DNA of 64,000 bases from an uncultured Gemmatimonadales bacterium (lineage in GTDB: Bacteria > Gemmatimonadota > Gemmatimonadetes > Gemmatimonadales > GWC2-71-9). The stretch is from assembly GCA_963825815.1 (NCBI GenBank), contig CAWGVB010000030.1, positions 10,287 to 74,286 of the forward strand, in the 5' to 3' direction. A program made the position numbers and the translations under genes. This document shows, in pieces, positions 1-9,429 of this stretch (position 1 is the first letter of the stretch; the number at the start of each line of letters is the position of its first letter). The notes beneath the pieces are model-generated. The model had not been told where the DNA came from. It saw nothing but the letters and a program-made list of their open reading frames with translations, and searched no databases.

Positions 1-316
1 TCGTCCCACTTGACCTTGCCCTGGTCCACCAGCATCGCCACCGCCAGCGACGGTGAAGGCCTTGGAGGAAGACCCGATGGCGAACAGCGTGCGCTCGTCC
101 ACCCGGTCGCGGCTTGCCCAGCGTCCGCACGCCGTAGCCTTTGGCCAGGATCACCGAATCGTTCCGCACGATGGCGAGCGCCAGCCCGGGAATTTTCCAG
201 TCGGCCATGCTCTTGGTGACGTAGTCATCGAGGCCCTGCAGCGGCTTGGACTGGGCCGCGGCCGCGGTGGGCGCGACGAGTGCGAGGATGACAAGAAGAC
301 GGGAGAAGGTTCTCAT
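1..316 (-). pseudogene. Serine hydrolase, beta-lactamase/PBP-like fold (5' part only; gene continues past window start); two frame changes as sequenced
   Basis: Reverse-strand ATG at 316-314. Translation is MRTFSRLLVILALVAPTAAAAQSKPLQGLDDYVTKSMADWKIPGLALAIVRNDSVILAKGYGVR. After two 1-nt shifts it continues ERTLFAIGSSSKAFTV and LAVAMLVDQGKVKWDD. This gives a signal peptide plus an S-x-x-K motif (SSSK). Not listed in the ORF track. Confidence 0.7.
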
Positions 317-379
317 GGTCCGCTCCGGAACAGATCGGCGCTCTTGCGTGGGCGGCGAAGGAGGTTCATTGTTGAGGCC

Positions 380-392
380 AATGTATACAATT
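380..392. promoter_or_regulatory. Candidate GntR-type operator, core palindrome TGTATACA (382-389), in the divergent spacer between hydrolase (1-316, -) and racemase operon (+)
   Basis: AATGTATACAATT is seen directly. The same AT-rich 8-mer recurs at 11168-11175 and 13791-13798, each time at a promoter or start region of this island. It fits the generic GntR operator form GT-Nx-AC. Confidence 0.45.
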
Positions 393-1510
393 CTGAATCC
401 ACTGGCCAGAGATGGCAAGCCGCTGCGGCTGGAGCGCCTCACGCCTGCGCGAGATCCAGCTCCCGCTGAAGGAGCCGTTCCGGATCTCCTCCGGCACCCA
501 GACCAGCCGCCGCATCCTGCTGCTCGAGCTGGAGGACGCCGACGGCGCGACCGGCTGGAGCGAGTGCGTGGCGCCGGAGGAGCCCAACTACACCGCGAGA
601 CGATCGACACCGCCTGGCTCGCCCTCGAGCAGTGGGTGGCGCCGCGGGTGCTGGGCCGCGCGTTCGCCGGCCCGGCAGAGGTCTTCCCCGCCCTGCAGCA
701 CAACTTCCGCGGGACAACATGGCCAAGGCGGCGGTCGAGATGGGCATGTGGGCGCTCGGCGGCCGAGCAGCGGGGCGTCTCGCTCGCCCGCCTGCTCGGC
801 GGCACCCGGAGCCGATCGAGGTCGGGATCTCGCTCGGCATCCAGGCGTCGCCCGGCGGCGCTGGTCGAGAGGGCCCGGCGCGCGCTGGAGGAGGGCTACC
901 GCAAGGTGAAGATCAAGATCGAGCCGGGCGCCGACGTCGAGTACGTGCGCGCGGTGCGCGAGGCGCTGGGGCCCGAGGCGCCGCTCATGGCCGACGCCAA
1001 CAACGCCTACACCCTGGACGACATGCCGAACCGCTGCTCGAGCTCGACGAGCTCGGACCTGATGATGATCGAGCAGCCGCTCGCCTGGGACGACCTCGGC
1101 AGCACGCCGAGCTGCAGCGGCGGCTCCAGACGCCGATCTGCCTCGACGAGTCGATCACCTCGCTCGACCGCGCCCAGGAGATGATCGCGCTGGGCAGCGG
1201 CCGGATCATCAACATCAAGCCGGGCCGGGTCGGCGGGTTCGCGCCGTCGATCGCGATCCACGACTTCTGCGCCGCGCACGGGATCCCGGTCTGGTGCGGC
1301 GGCATGCTGGAGAGCGGCGTGGGCCGGGCGTACAACGTCGCGCTCGCCTCGCTCCCCAACTTCACCAAGCCGGGCGACATCTCGCCCAGCGCGCGCTACT
1401 GGGAGCGGGACATCGTGTCGCCCGAGTGGACGATGGACGAGGGCATGATGACTGTGCCGGCGGGAACGGGGATCGGAGTGGAGGTGGATCGGGAGCGGGT
1501 TGAGCGTTAA
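381..1510 (+). pseudogene. Enolase-superfamily N-succinyl/N-acylamino-acid racemase (o-succinylbenzoate synthase-like); about 8 frame changes as sequenced
   Basis: Pieces come from ORFs 246..1184, 412..909 and 632..1510. They read [50 protein letters not shown] / [20 protein letters not shown] / [13 protein letters not shown] / [42 protein letters not shown] / [13 protein letters not shown] / [39 protein letters not shown]...[37 protein letters not shown]. This is the typical MR/MLE fold (KxK, D-E-D metal ligands). The start is either 381 (ATG inside the palindrome) or 412. Confidence 0.8.
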
Positions 1511-1648
1511 TGGTGAGGGAGCTGACGCTGGAGCGGGGAATAGGGAGCGCGGGACTGCAGCGGCGGGGCAGATGGGCACCGAAGCGGCGGGCGAAGCGAC
1601 GTCAGCGGGGCAGTAACAGAGCGGGCAGCGGGACGGCGGGCAGTCGTG
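1511..1648. repeat. G-rich degenerate short-period repeat (GCGGGGCAG / GCGGGCAG units) filling the racemase-permease spacer
   Basis: Seen directly: ...ggggaatagggagcgcgggactgcagcggcggggcagatgggcaccgaagcggcgggcgaagcgacgtcagcggggcagtaacagagcgggcagcgggacggcgggcagtcg. Purine/G-rich on the + strand only. Confidence 0.45.
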
Positions 1649-3020
1649 ATGAGTGAGCAAAGGAGCTGCCACGGCTGCTGGGCTTTCGCCAGCTGATCGC
1701 GATCACCATCGGCACGGTGATCGGGTCCGGGATCTTCATCGTCCCCGGCGCGGTGATGCGGCAGACGGGCGGCTCGGTGGCGCTCTCGCTCCTGGTGTGG
1801 GTGGCCGGCGGGGTGCTCTCGCTCCTCGGCGCGCTCACCTACGCCGAGATGGGGGCGATGAAGCCCGAGGCGGGCGGACTCTACATCTATATCCGCGACG
1901 GGTTCGGTCCCTTCCCCGCCTTCCTCTTCGGCTGGACCATGTTCTTCATCACCGGCAGCGGCACCATCGCCACGCTCGCCGTGGCGTTCACCGCCTACCT
2001 GGGACAATTCGTGCCGTTGACTCCGCTCACCGGCCGGCTGGCCGCGGTGGCAATGCTGGCGGTGGTCATGGTGGTGAACGTGCGGGGCACCGCGGCAGAG
2101 CGCCGGATTCCAGGGCTGGGCCACCTGCTCAAGGTGGCCGGCATCGTGCTGCTGAGCGTCACTGTTTCTGCTGCCGCGGCCACGGGCTCGGCGAGATCGG
2201 AGCTCCCATCGGCGACGCCGGTACCGGGCGGATCGCTCCTGGCCGGCTTCGGGCTGGCGATGATCGCGACCCTCTGGGCCTACGAGGGCTGGCAGTTCGT
2301 CACCTACTCCGCCGGCGAAGTGAAGAATCCGCAGCGCACCTTTCCTCGCGCGATCATCGCTCGGCACCGCCGCGCTGGTGGCGATCTATCTGCTCGCCTG
2401 CATCGGCTACATCGCGGCGCTGGGTCCCGCCGGCGTCGCGGGCTCGGACCGGGTGGCCGCGGAGGCCGACCACCGCCCTGTTCGGACCGGCGGCGGGGAA
2501 GTTGATCGCGGTCATGATCCTGATCTCCATCGTGAGCGCGACCAATGGAACAGTGCTCACCCTGCCGCGCGCGTTCTTCGCCATGGCGCGGGACGGGATC
2601 TTCTTCCGCCGGCTGGCCGAGGTTCATCCCCGCTACGGCACGCCGGCGGTGGCGATCGTGGCCTGCTCCATCTGGTCGATGGTGCTGGCCGTGAGCGGCA
2701 CCTTCGAGCAGCTCTTCACCTACGTGATCTTCGTGGGCTGGATCTTCTACGGCGTGGGCGCGCTCAGCATCTTCCGCTATCGCCGCCTGGAGCCGAACAC
2801 GCCCAGACCCTTCCGGGTGCCGGGCTACCCGGTGACGCCGATCCTCTTCGTCGCCTCGGCCGCGGCCATCGTGCTGAACACCATCGTGTCGCAGCCGGGG
2901 CGGGCCGCGGTGGGCCTCGGGGTGCTGCTGCTGGGCTCGCCGGCGTATCTGATCTGGCGCCGGCGTGGGGTCACTCCCGGCGGCAAAGGCGAGTGGCGGA
3001 ACGGCCGGGGCACCCTATGA
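1649..3020 (+). pseudogene. APC-family amino-acid permease; about 3 frame changes
   Basis: ORFs 1717..2505, 2378..3817 (short part) and 1653..3020 (3' part). Sequence: IGTVIGSGIFIVPGAVMRQTGGSVALSLLVWVAGGVLSLLGALTYAEMGAMKPEAGGLYIYIRDGFG...LWAYEGWQFVTYSAGEVKNPQRTFPRAI...ISIVSATNGTVLTLPRAFFAMARDGIFFRRLAEVHPRYGTPAVAI...FRYRRLEPNTPRPFRVPGYPVTP. Stop at 3018-3020. Confidence 0.85.
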
Positions 3021-3817
3021 CCGGTGAGGGAATCGTGATTCGCCGGGTGGAGACTCAGGCCGAATACGAAGAGTGCGTCCGGATCCAGGACGAGACCTGG
3101 GGCGCCGGCTTCAGCGAGCGGGTTCCCTCCGCGATTCTCAAGGTGGCGCAATACCTCGGTGGCGTCACCGCGGCGGCTTTCGACAGCGATGGAGCTGACG
3201 CAGGAATCCTGGGATTCGTCTTCGGAATGACCGGCGTTCGCGACGGCGCAGCTGGTGCACTGGTCGGACATGCTCGCGGTGCGGCCCGAGGCGCGAGACC
3301 ACGGGATCGGCCGCCGGCTCAAGCTGTACCAGCGCTCGCTGGTGGCGGAGCTGGGAGTGACCCAGATTCTCTGGACCTTCGATCCCCTGGTCTCCCGGAA
3401 CGCGCATCTGAACCTCAACGCGTTGGGTGCCCGGGTCACCGATTACGTGCCGGACATGTACGGCGCCGACACCGGAAGCGCGTTGCACCAGGGGATCGGG
3501 ACCGACAGGTTCGTGGTGGCGTGGGAGGTCAGCGGGGAAGCGGGAGGCGGGGAGGCGGGGACGACAACACCAGGGAAGCGGGGAGGCGGGGAGGCGGGGA
3601 TGGAAGAGCGGCAGCGGGCAGCAGCGGGACGGAGGTTGTGGTGGAGATTCCGCACGATATACAGGAGCTGATCGTGGCAGACCCGGCGGCCGCCCGGAAG
3701 TGGCGGGAGTCGACCCGACCTGCCTTCCTCCGCCTGCTGGCCGACGGATACCGCGTGGCCGGCTTCGAGCGTTCTCCCGCCGGCGGATTTTACCGGCTGA
3801 CCCGAGACAGCGATTGA
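3017..3817 (+). pseudogene. GNAT-like N-acyltransferase (candidate amino-acid N-acyl/succinyl transferase); about 2-3 frame changes plus a G-rich insert
   Basis: ATG at 3017 overlaps the permease stop (ATGA). Sequence: MTGEGIVIRRVETQAEYEECVRIQDETWGAGFSERVPSAILKVAQYLGGVTAAAF...HWSDMLAVRPEARDHGIGRRLKLYQRSLVAELGVTQILWTFDPLVSRNAHLNLNALGARV...GTDRFVVAWEV...VVEIPHDIQELIVADPAAARKWRESTRPAFLRLLADGYRVAGF. The family assignment rests on general GNAT-like features only. Confidence 0.55.
3531..3640. repeat. G-rich 8-nt-periodic array containing a 28-nt direct duplication spaced 39 nt, inside the GNAT gene
   Basis: GGGGAAGCGGGAGGCGGGGAGGCGGGGA (3534-3561) and GGGAAGCGGGGAGGCGGGGAGGCGGGGA (3573-3600), followed by agagcggcagcgggcagcagcgggacgg. 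It encodes a low-complexity stretch, GEAGGGEAGTTTPGKRGGGEAGMEE. Confidence 0.6.
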
Positions 3818-4989
3818 GCCTGGCGACGAAGCTCGGCTTCAGCAACGAAGCGGCCGCCCGGCTGACCGCGCTCCGGCGCGACCTGCACCGCAATCCGGAG
3901 CTGTCCTGGAAAGAGGAAAGGACCGCGGCCCGGCTGGAGGCCGAGCTGAAATCGCTCGGAGCTACCGATATCCGGCGGGTGGTGGGAACCGGAGTCGTGG
4001 GACGGATCCGCGGCCGGAAGAAAGGCCGCACGGTGGCGATCCGGGGCGACATCGACGCGCTGCCGATCGAGGAGGCGACCGGCCTGGACTTCGCCTCCAG
4101 CAACAGCGGCATCATGCACGCCTGCGGGCACGACGTGCACGCGAGCTGGGCAGTCGGCGCGGGGTTGCTGCTCAGCAACTCTCCCGCCGAAGGCGACGTG
4201 CTATTGGTGCTACAGCCCGCGGAGGAGGTGGGTGAGGGCGCCGCCGCGATTCTGGAGACCGGCGCACTGGACGAGGCGAAGGTGATCGTCGGCGCCCACG
4301 TGGACCGGCGTTACGAGCTGGGCCAAGTGGTGGCGCAGGAGGGGCCGGTCAACGCTTCGACCGATAACTTCAAGATCGAGCTGATCGGAGCGGGAGCTCA
4401 CGCCGCCCGTCCCCACGAGTCGGCCGATCCAATCGTGGGTGCGGCCGCGCTGATCACCGCGCTCCAGACGCTGGTGTCGCGCCGGCTCGATCCGTCGATT
4501 CCCGCGCGTAGTCACCGTGGGAACGGTGCACGCCGGCACCGCGGACAACATCATTCCCGATCGCGCCGAGCTGAGTGGGACGATTCGAGCGGTGACCCGC
4601 GCCTCGCGCGAGCTCCTGATGGAGGAGCTCAAGCGAGTGAGCACCCACGTGGCCCAGGCTCACCGGCTGAAGGCCCAGGTTCTGTTCGATCAGGGAACGC
4701 CGCCGGTGGTGAACCCGGCCGAGCCGATTGGCTGGGCCCGAGAGGCGGTGAAGAGCGTCCTGGGCGAGAGCGCGCTGGTGCCGCTGGCTGGAACCAACAT
4801 GGGCGGCGAGGACTTCGCCTTCTACCTGGAGAAGATTCCGGGCTGCTTTCTCCGGATCGGCGCGCGGGAGCCGGGAGGTCCCTGGCTGCCGGCGCACTCA
4901 CCCGGGTTCATCGTGGCGGAGGAAAGCATCTTCGTCGGGCGCGGCGGTTCTGGCGGAGACCGCGCGGCGAGCAGCACGATTGTCACCCT
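3814..4989 (+). pseudogene. M20-family amidohydrolase (N-acyl-L-amino-acid amidohydrolase / hippuricase type); 2 frame changes
   Basis: TTG at 3814 overlaps the GNAT stop (TTGA). ORFs 3427..5073 and 4517..5092. Sequence: LRRDLHRNPELSWKEERTAARLEAELKSLG...VAIRGDIDALPIEEATGLDFASSNSGIMHACGHDVHASW...LQPAEEVGEGAAAILETGAL...VGAHV...GTVHAGTADNIIPDRAELSGTIR...MGGEDFAFYLEKIPGCFLRIGA. The 3' end is approximate because of a shift near 4950. Confidence 0.85.
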
Positions 4990-5025
4990 GAGCGCCAGCG
5001 GCCCCTTCACTTCGTTCAGGGTGAC
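4982..5025. repeat. REP-like palindromic element (GTCACCCTGAGCG...CGTTCAGGGTGAC)
   Basis: Perfect 10-bp stem, GTCACCCTGA (4982-4991) / TCAGGGTGAC (5016-5025). It lies between convergent genes. It belongs to the same family as the elements at 6649-6726, 18265-18359, 29491-29554 and 30889-30912. Confidence 0.6.
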
Positions 5026-6653
5026 ACCGCACAACCACCCCGCAGCACCCGCCCTGCCTTGGCGCCGGTGTAGCCGCTCTGGTCCAGGGTGACCTCTCCG
5101 TTTACCACCACGTAGTCGATACCCGCCGGCGCGGCTGTGGGCCGCTCCCAGGTGGCGTTGTCCTGGATCCGGTCGTAGTCGAACACGGTGATGTCGGCCC
5201 GCATGCCTTCCCGGATCACTCCCCGGTCGGCAAACCCCATCCGGGCGGCCGGCCAGGAGGTCATCTTCCTGACCGCCTCCTCCAGAGTGAGCAGATGCCG
5301 CTTGCGCACGTACTCGGCGATGATCCGGGGGAAGGTGCCGTAGGCCCGGGGGTGCGGCAGGCCCAGCGCGTCGACCTCGCCGAACTTCACGGCCGACGCC
5401 GCGTCGGTGCCGATGCTGGTCCACGGCCGGCGCAGCGCGAGCGCGATGTCGCCCTCGTCCATCATGAAGAAGAGCGCCATCGCCCGGTTGGGCAGAGCCT
5501 CGAGCACGATGTCCCAGGCCACGTCGGCGGGGTCCCGTCCCAGAGCAGTGGCGATGGCCGCGATGCTCTTCATCTGGTAGGCGGCGTACTTCTTGTTGAA
5601 CGGATTGGCCAGCACGACGTGGTCCCAGCCGCCCGACGCCTGCACCAGGTTGGACCAGCCCGGCTGGGATCCCGCCGCCACCTCGCGCTTGAGCCGCTCG
5701 CGCACCGCCGGGTCGCGCAGGCGGGCGTAGCCCTTCTCCTCTCCCTCGGCAAAGACCCAGTTGGGCACCGTGATGCTGAGGCCGGTCCCGCCGGCCGGAT
5801 AGGGATAAAGATCCGCGGCCACGTCGACGCCTCTGCCCCGGGCCGAATCGATCTCGGCGAGAGCCTGGGGCATGAGCCGGCCCCAGCCGGGCGCGAACGC
5901 CGCCTTCAGGTGGAAGATCTCGACCTTCACGCCTCCCTTCTCACCGATCTCCACCGCCTCACGGATTCCGGAGACGAGGTTTTCGCTCTCGTCCCGCATG
6001 TGGGTGGCGTAGAAGCCGCCGCAGGGCGACACGACCTTGGCCAGCTCGATCAGGTCGGCGGTGGACTGGTAGCTGTCGGGCGGATAGATGAGCGCGCTGC
6101 TGATGCCGAGGGCACCGGCCTGCATGGCGAGGGCTGACATCGGATTTCATTTTCGCCAGCTGCGCCGGCGTGGGGGTGCCGGCGCCGTCACCCATCACGT
6201 GGACCCGGGCCTGGGCCGCACTGTAATAGCTGCCGAAGTTGACGGCGATACCCTGCCGCTCCAGCCGGGAGAAGTAGATGCTGATGCTCTCCGCCGGCAC
6301 CGGCGTGCCGCCTTCCCCGCCGATGAGAGTAGTGACACCCATGCGCAGCTTGTTCTCCGCGGCGGGACTCTCGAGCAGGACTTCGCCCGAGTGGTCCATC
6401 ATGTCGATCCAGCCGGGTGAGACGTAGCGGCCGCCGGCGTCGATCTCCCGGCGGCCCTTCCCGGTCACCAGACCGAGCTTCGCGATTCTTCCCTTACTGA
6501 TGCCGACGTCGGCGCGCACCCAGGGATTGCCGGCGCCGTCGAGCACCCGCCCGTTCCGGATGACGAGGTCGTACTCCGTCCCGGACGGGGTGGGCTGAGG
6601 AGATGAGGTCGGACTCGCGCACGCCGCGGAGAGCGCGAGGAGAATGCTGTCAC
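5016..6653 (-). pseudogene. N-acyl-D-amino-acid deacylase (D-aminoacylase), amidohydrolase superfamily; about 2 frame changes
   Basis: ORFs 5016..6140 and 5959..6546. Sequence: YDLVIRNGRVLDGAGNPWVRADVGISKGRIAKLG...IDAGGRYVSPGWIDMMDHSG...GVTTLIGGEGG...YATHMRDESENLVSGIREAVEIGEKGGVKVEIFHLKA...SIGTDAAS...PHPRAYGTFPRIIAEYVRKRHLLTLEEAVRKMTSWPAARMGFADRGVIREGMRADITVFD. The N-terminus, ILLALSAACASPTSSPQ, is lipoprotein-like and abuts a REP element, so the exact start is uncertain. Confidence 0.85.
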
Positions 6654-6726
6654 CCTGAGCGCAAGCGAAGTCGGTATCTGAGAGCCTTGCAGCGAAGAGT
6701 ATGCCGCTCGCTGCGCTCAGCGTGAC
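6649..6726. repeat. REP-like palindromic element
   Basis: GTCACCCTGAGCGCAAGCGAAG (6649-6670) pairs with CTCGCTGCGCTCAGCGTGAC (6707-6726). It lies between the hydrolase stop (6739) and the D-aminoacylase start. Confidence 0.6.
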
Positions 6727-6738
6727 ACGGTCCGCTCA

Positions 6739-8735
6739 TCAGTAGTTGATGTCGAACGCGACGAGCTTGAACACCACCGCGATGTAGAGCAGCGTCACCG
6801 TGGCCAGCACGAGCAGTCCGCTCCAGAGCTGTGAGCTCCACGGCCGCTTGCCGCTCCGGGCCAGCCGGGCATTCCAGAGCGCCACGCCTGCGGCGCCCAG
6901 GAACACCACCAGGCCGAGCAGCTGGAGCAGCCAGAGCCAGGGATCGCTCTTCGAGGTGAGCGCCGAGACCTCCGTGCTCATCCGCTGGATCTGCCAGGTC
7001 CAGCCGGCCAGCAGGAGCAGCAGACCCAGGCCGCAGCAATGCGAACCCAACGGTAGGCTGACCGGGCCCGGCCTTGCAGCGGAAAGGTGGCGCCGATACC
7101 GCCGGCGAGCCAGCGCGGCCAGCGGCCAGGCGATCAGAGTCAGGACCAGCACGGCCAGGCTGAACTCGGCCAGCGGCAGCAGCCACGAAGGCGACTTCCA
7201 CCACCGGGTGGGCCGAAACACGATGAAGGGGGAGATCTCGTCCCCGCTCAACATCTCGACCCGTCCGTTCTCCACCTTGGCCCCCGCCACGTTCTTGCCG
7301 TCGACCTCCTGCCAGACGAAGGGCTTGATCTCGCGCCAATGCTTCGGCTCGCCGTTGAGCGCCGTGAGGTATGGCAGGGTGATCGTCGTATCGGGATTGA
7401 CGGTGACCTTGCTGGGGCTGATCAGATCGGTCAGGCCGAAGAAGTTGGAGACGGAATGGCGCGAGCTCTCGTACTGACCGGCCACCTGCTGCGCATGGGC
7501 GTAGGCGGTCGGCCCGGTCCAGCGGCGTGGCGGTATCGGGAGCCGGCAGATAGCGGTCGGCGAACTGCTCGAACACCGCGGTCCGGATGGGGCCCGCCGC
7601 GCCATCCTTACCGGGGCTGTTCATCGAGATGAAGATGCCGATGCCATCGTCGATGAAGAGGTGCAGATCGCTGTGGAACCAGAAGGTGTCGCCCCCGTGG
7701 GCGATGGCCCGGTGACCGTTGCGGTTGGTCTCGTAGAAGCCGAGCAGCATCCGGTTCACCGCCGGCATGAGCGTGAGCGCGGTCGTGTGCATCAGCCTGG
7801 CCGTCTCCGGGCGAAGGATGCTGGCCTGGCCGAAGCGGCCGTTCTGCAGGTGGGCGATCATGAATCGCGCCCATGTCGGCGCCGGACGCGGAGAGGGCTC
7901 CCGCCGGGGCGCCCACCACCATCTCGAAGGGCTTGGGCTCTCCGGAGGAGGCGCTCTCGTAGCCCTCTGACATGTCTTTGCGGAGTGACGCCGGCAGCGG
8001 CTGGCGGAAGGTCGCGTGCTCCATGCCGAGCGGCTGGAAGATGTGGTGCTCGATGTACTGCTCGAACGGCTCGCCCGACACCCGCTGGACGATGTACCCG
8101 GCCAGGGCCGTGGCGTAGTTGGAGTACGCGGGCACCGTTCCCGGCGGGTAGATCCGGGTCGGGGTCCAGGATTTCAGCCAGTCGCCATTCGGCTGCACCT
8201 TGGTGGTATCGTCGGAGAAGAGGTTGCGGCCCACCTCCTCGAATCCCGGCGTGTGGGTCATGACGTTGCGCAGGGTGATCGGCTTGCCGAAGGCCGCGGG
8301 AATCTTGAAGTCGAGGTAGGTGTTGACGTCCTCGTCCAGGTCGAGCTTGCCCTGCTCGACCAGCTGCATCACCGCGGTCCAGGTGAAGAGCTTGGAGACC
8401 GAGCCGGGCCGGAACAGCGTGCGGTCGGGATCGACCGGCTTCTTCCGTTTGAGGTCGGCGTAGCCATAGCCCTTCTTGAAGAGCACCTCGCCGTCCTTGA
8501 CCACCGCCACCACCGCGCCGGCGATATCGCCCCGCTGGAGCGCGTAGGGAAGGAAGCCGTCGAGCCAGGCCTGCACGTCGGCCCGGGTGAGCTGCGCCGC
8601 GCCCGCCGGAGGACCCTCCGGCCCGGCTCGCTCGATCGAAGGCGCGGGCGGCCTCTGCGCCGGGCGCTGGGCTGCCAGATCATTCCGGCCGAGAGTCAAC
8701 GCCGCGAGGAACAGTCCCACCAGGAATCGTGTCAT
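6739..8735 (-). pseudogene. Serine hydrolase, beta-lactamase/D-peptidase fold, with C-terminal multi-TM region; about 2-3 frame changes
   Basis: ATG at 8735 overlaps the ddpX stop (ATGA). ORFs 7608..9482 (lower part), 6650..7861 and 6739..7605. Sequence: MTRFLVGLFLAALTLG...GAVVAVVKDGEVLFKKGYGYADLKRKKPVDPDRTLFRPGSVSKLFTWTAVMQLVEQGKLDLDEDVNTYL...YSNYATALAGYIVQRVSGEPFEQYIEHHIFQPLGM...HGGDTFWFHSDLHLF. The tail holds about 4 hydrophobic helices and ends ...VVFKLVAFDINY. Confidence 0.85.
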
Positions 8736-9428
8736 GCGCTCACCTGTCGGTTTAGGGGTGATTCTGCTGGGCGTCCGGAACCAAGCTGCTCGAAGGTGAG
8801 GTTCTGGATCCGGTAGCGCCGCCAGTCCTGATAGTCGAAGTGCCACCACTCCGCCTCGTAGACGGTGAAGCCCTCCGCCTCCATCGCGTGGCGCAGCAGG
8901 TCGCGGTGCCAGCGCTGGAGCGACGTGCCGCCGGGGTAGAGCGGATAGGAGCGGTCGGACATCTCGTCGTAGCCGCCGGTCATCCGAATCGGCTTGCCGG
9001 TCTTCAGGTCGTAGAGCGTGAGGTCGACCGCGCAGCCGCGGTTGTGCCGCGAGCCCTCGGCGGGATCGGCGACGAACAGGTGCTTGTCCGCCGGCGTGGC
9101 GTCCCAGAACATCTTGGTCACGTACCACGGCCGATAGGAGTCGTGCACCAGCAGGCCGTAGCCCAGCGGCCGGAGCCGCCGGGCAGCGCGGACGACCGCC
9201 TCGGCCGCCGGCCGCTGCATGAAGGCGTGCGCCGAGGTGTAGAACGGCGTGCCCATGAAGTTGTTCGCCGTGGCGTAGCGGATGTCGTAGGCGATGCGTG
9301 GGGTCGAGAGTCCGTAGCTCGACCAGATCGGTGGGCCGGAAGTCTCCCGTCTCCTCGGGCGGGCTGGCCGCCAGCGCTTCGGTGCGGAGCTCGGCGACCG
9401 GGTCGACCGGCGTGATCCGGAAGCTCAC
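8732..9428 (-). CDS. ddpX: D-alanyl-D-alanine dipeptidase (VanX/DdpX, peptidase M15D); one frame change; may be fused to the upstream hydrolase
   Basis: TDLVELRTLDP / RIAYDIRYATANNFMGTPFYTSAHAFMQRPAAEAVVRAARRLRPLGYGLLVHDSYRPWYVTKMFWD...FVADPAEGSRHNRGCAVDLTLYDLKTGKPIRMTGGYDEMSDRSYP...FTVYEAEWWHFDY. This matches my recollection of E. coli DdpX (SxHxxGxAxD and EWWH motifs). GTG at 9428 is a possible start, but the frame is open further upstream. Confidence 0.8.
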
Positions 9429-9429
9429 C

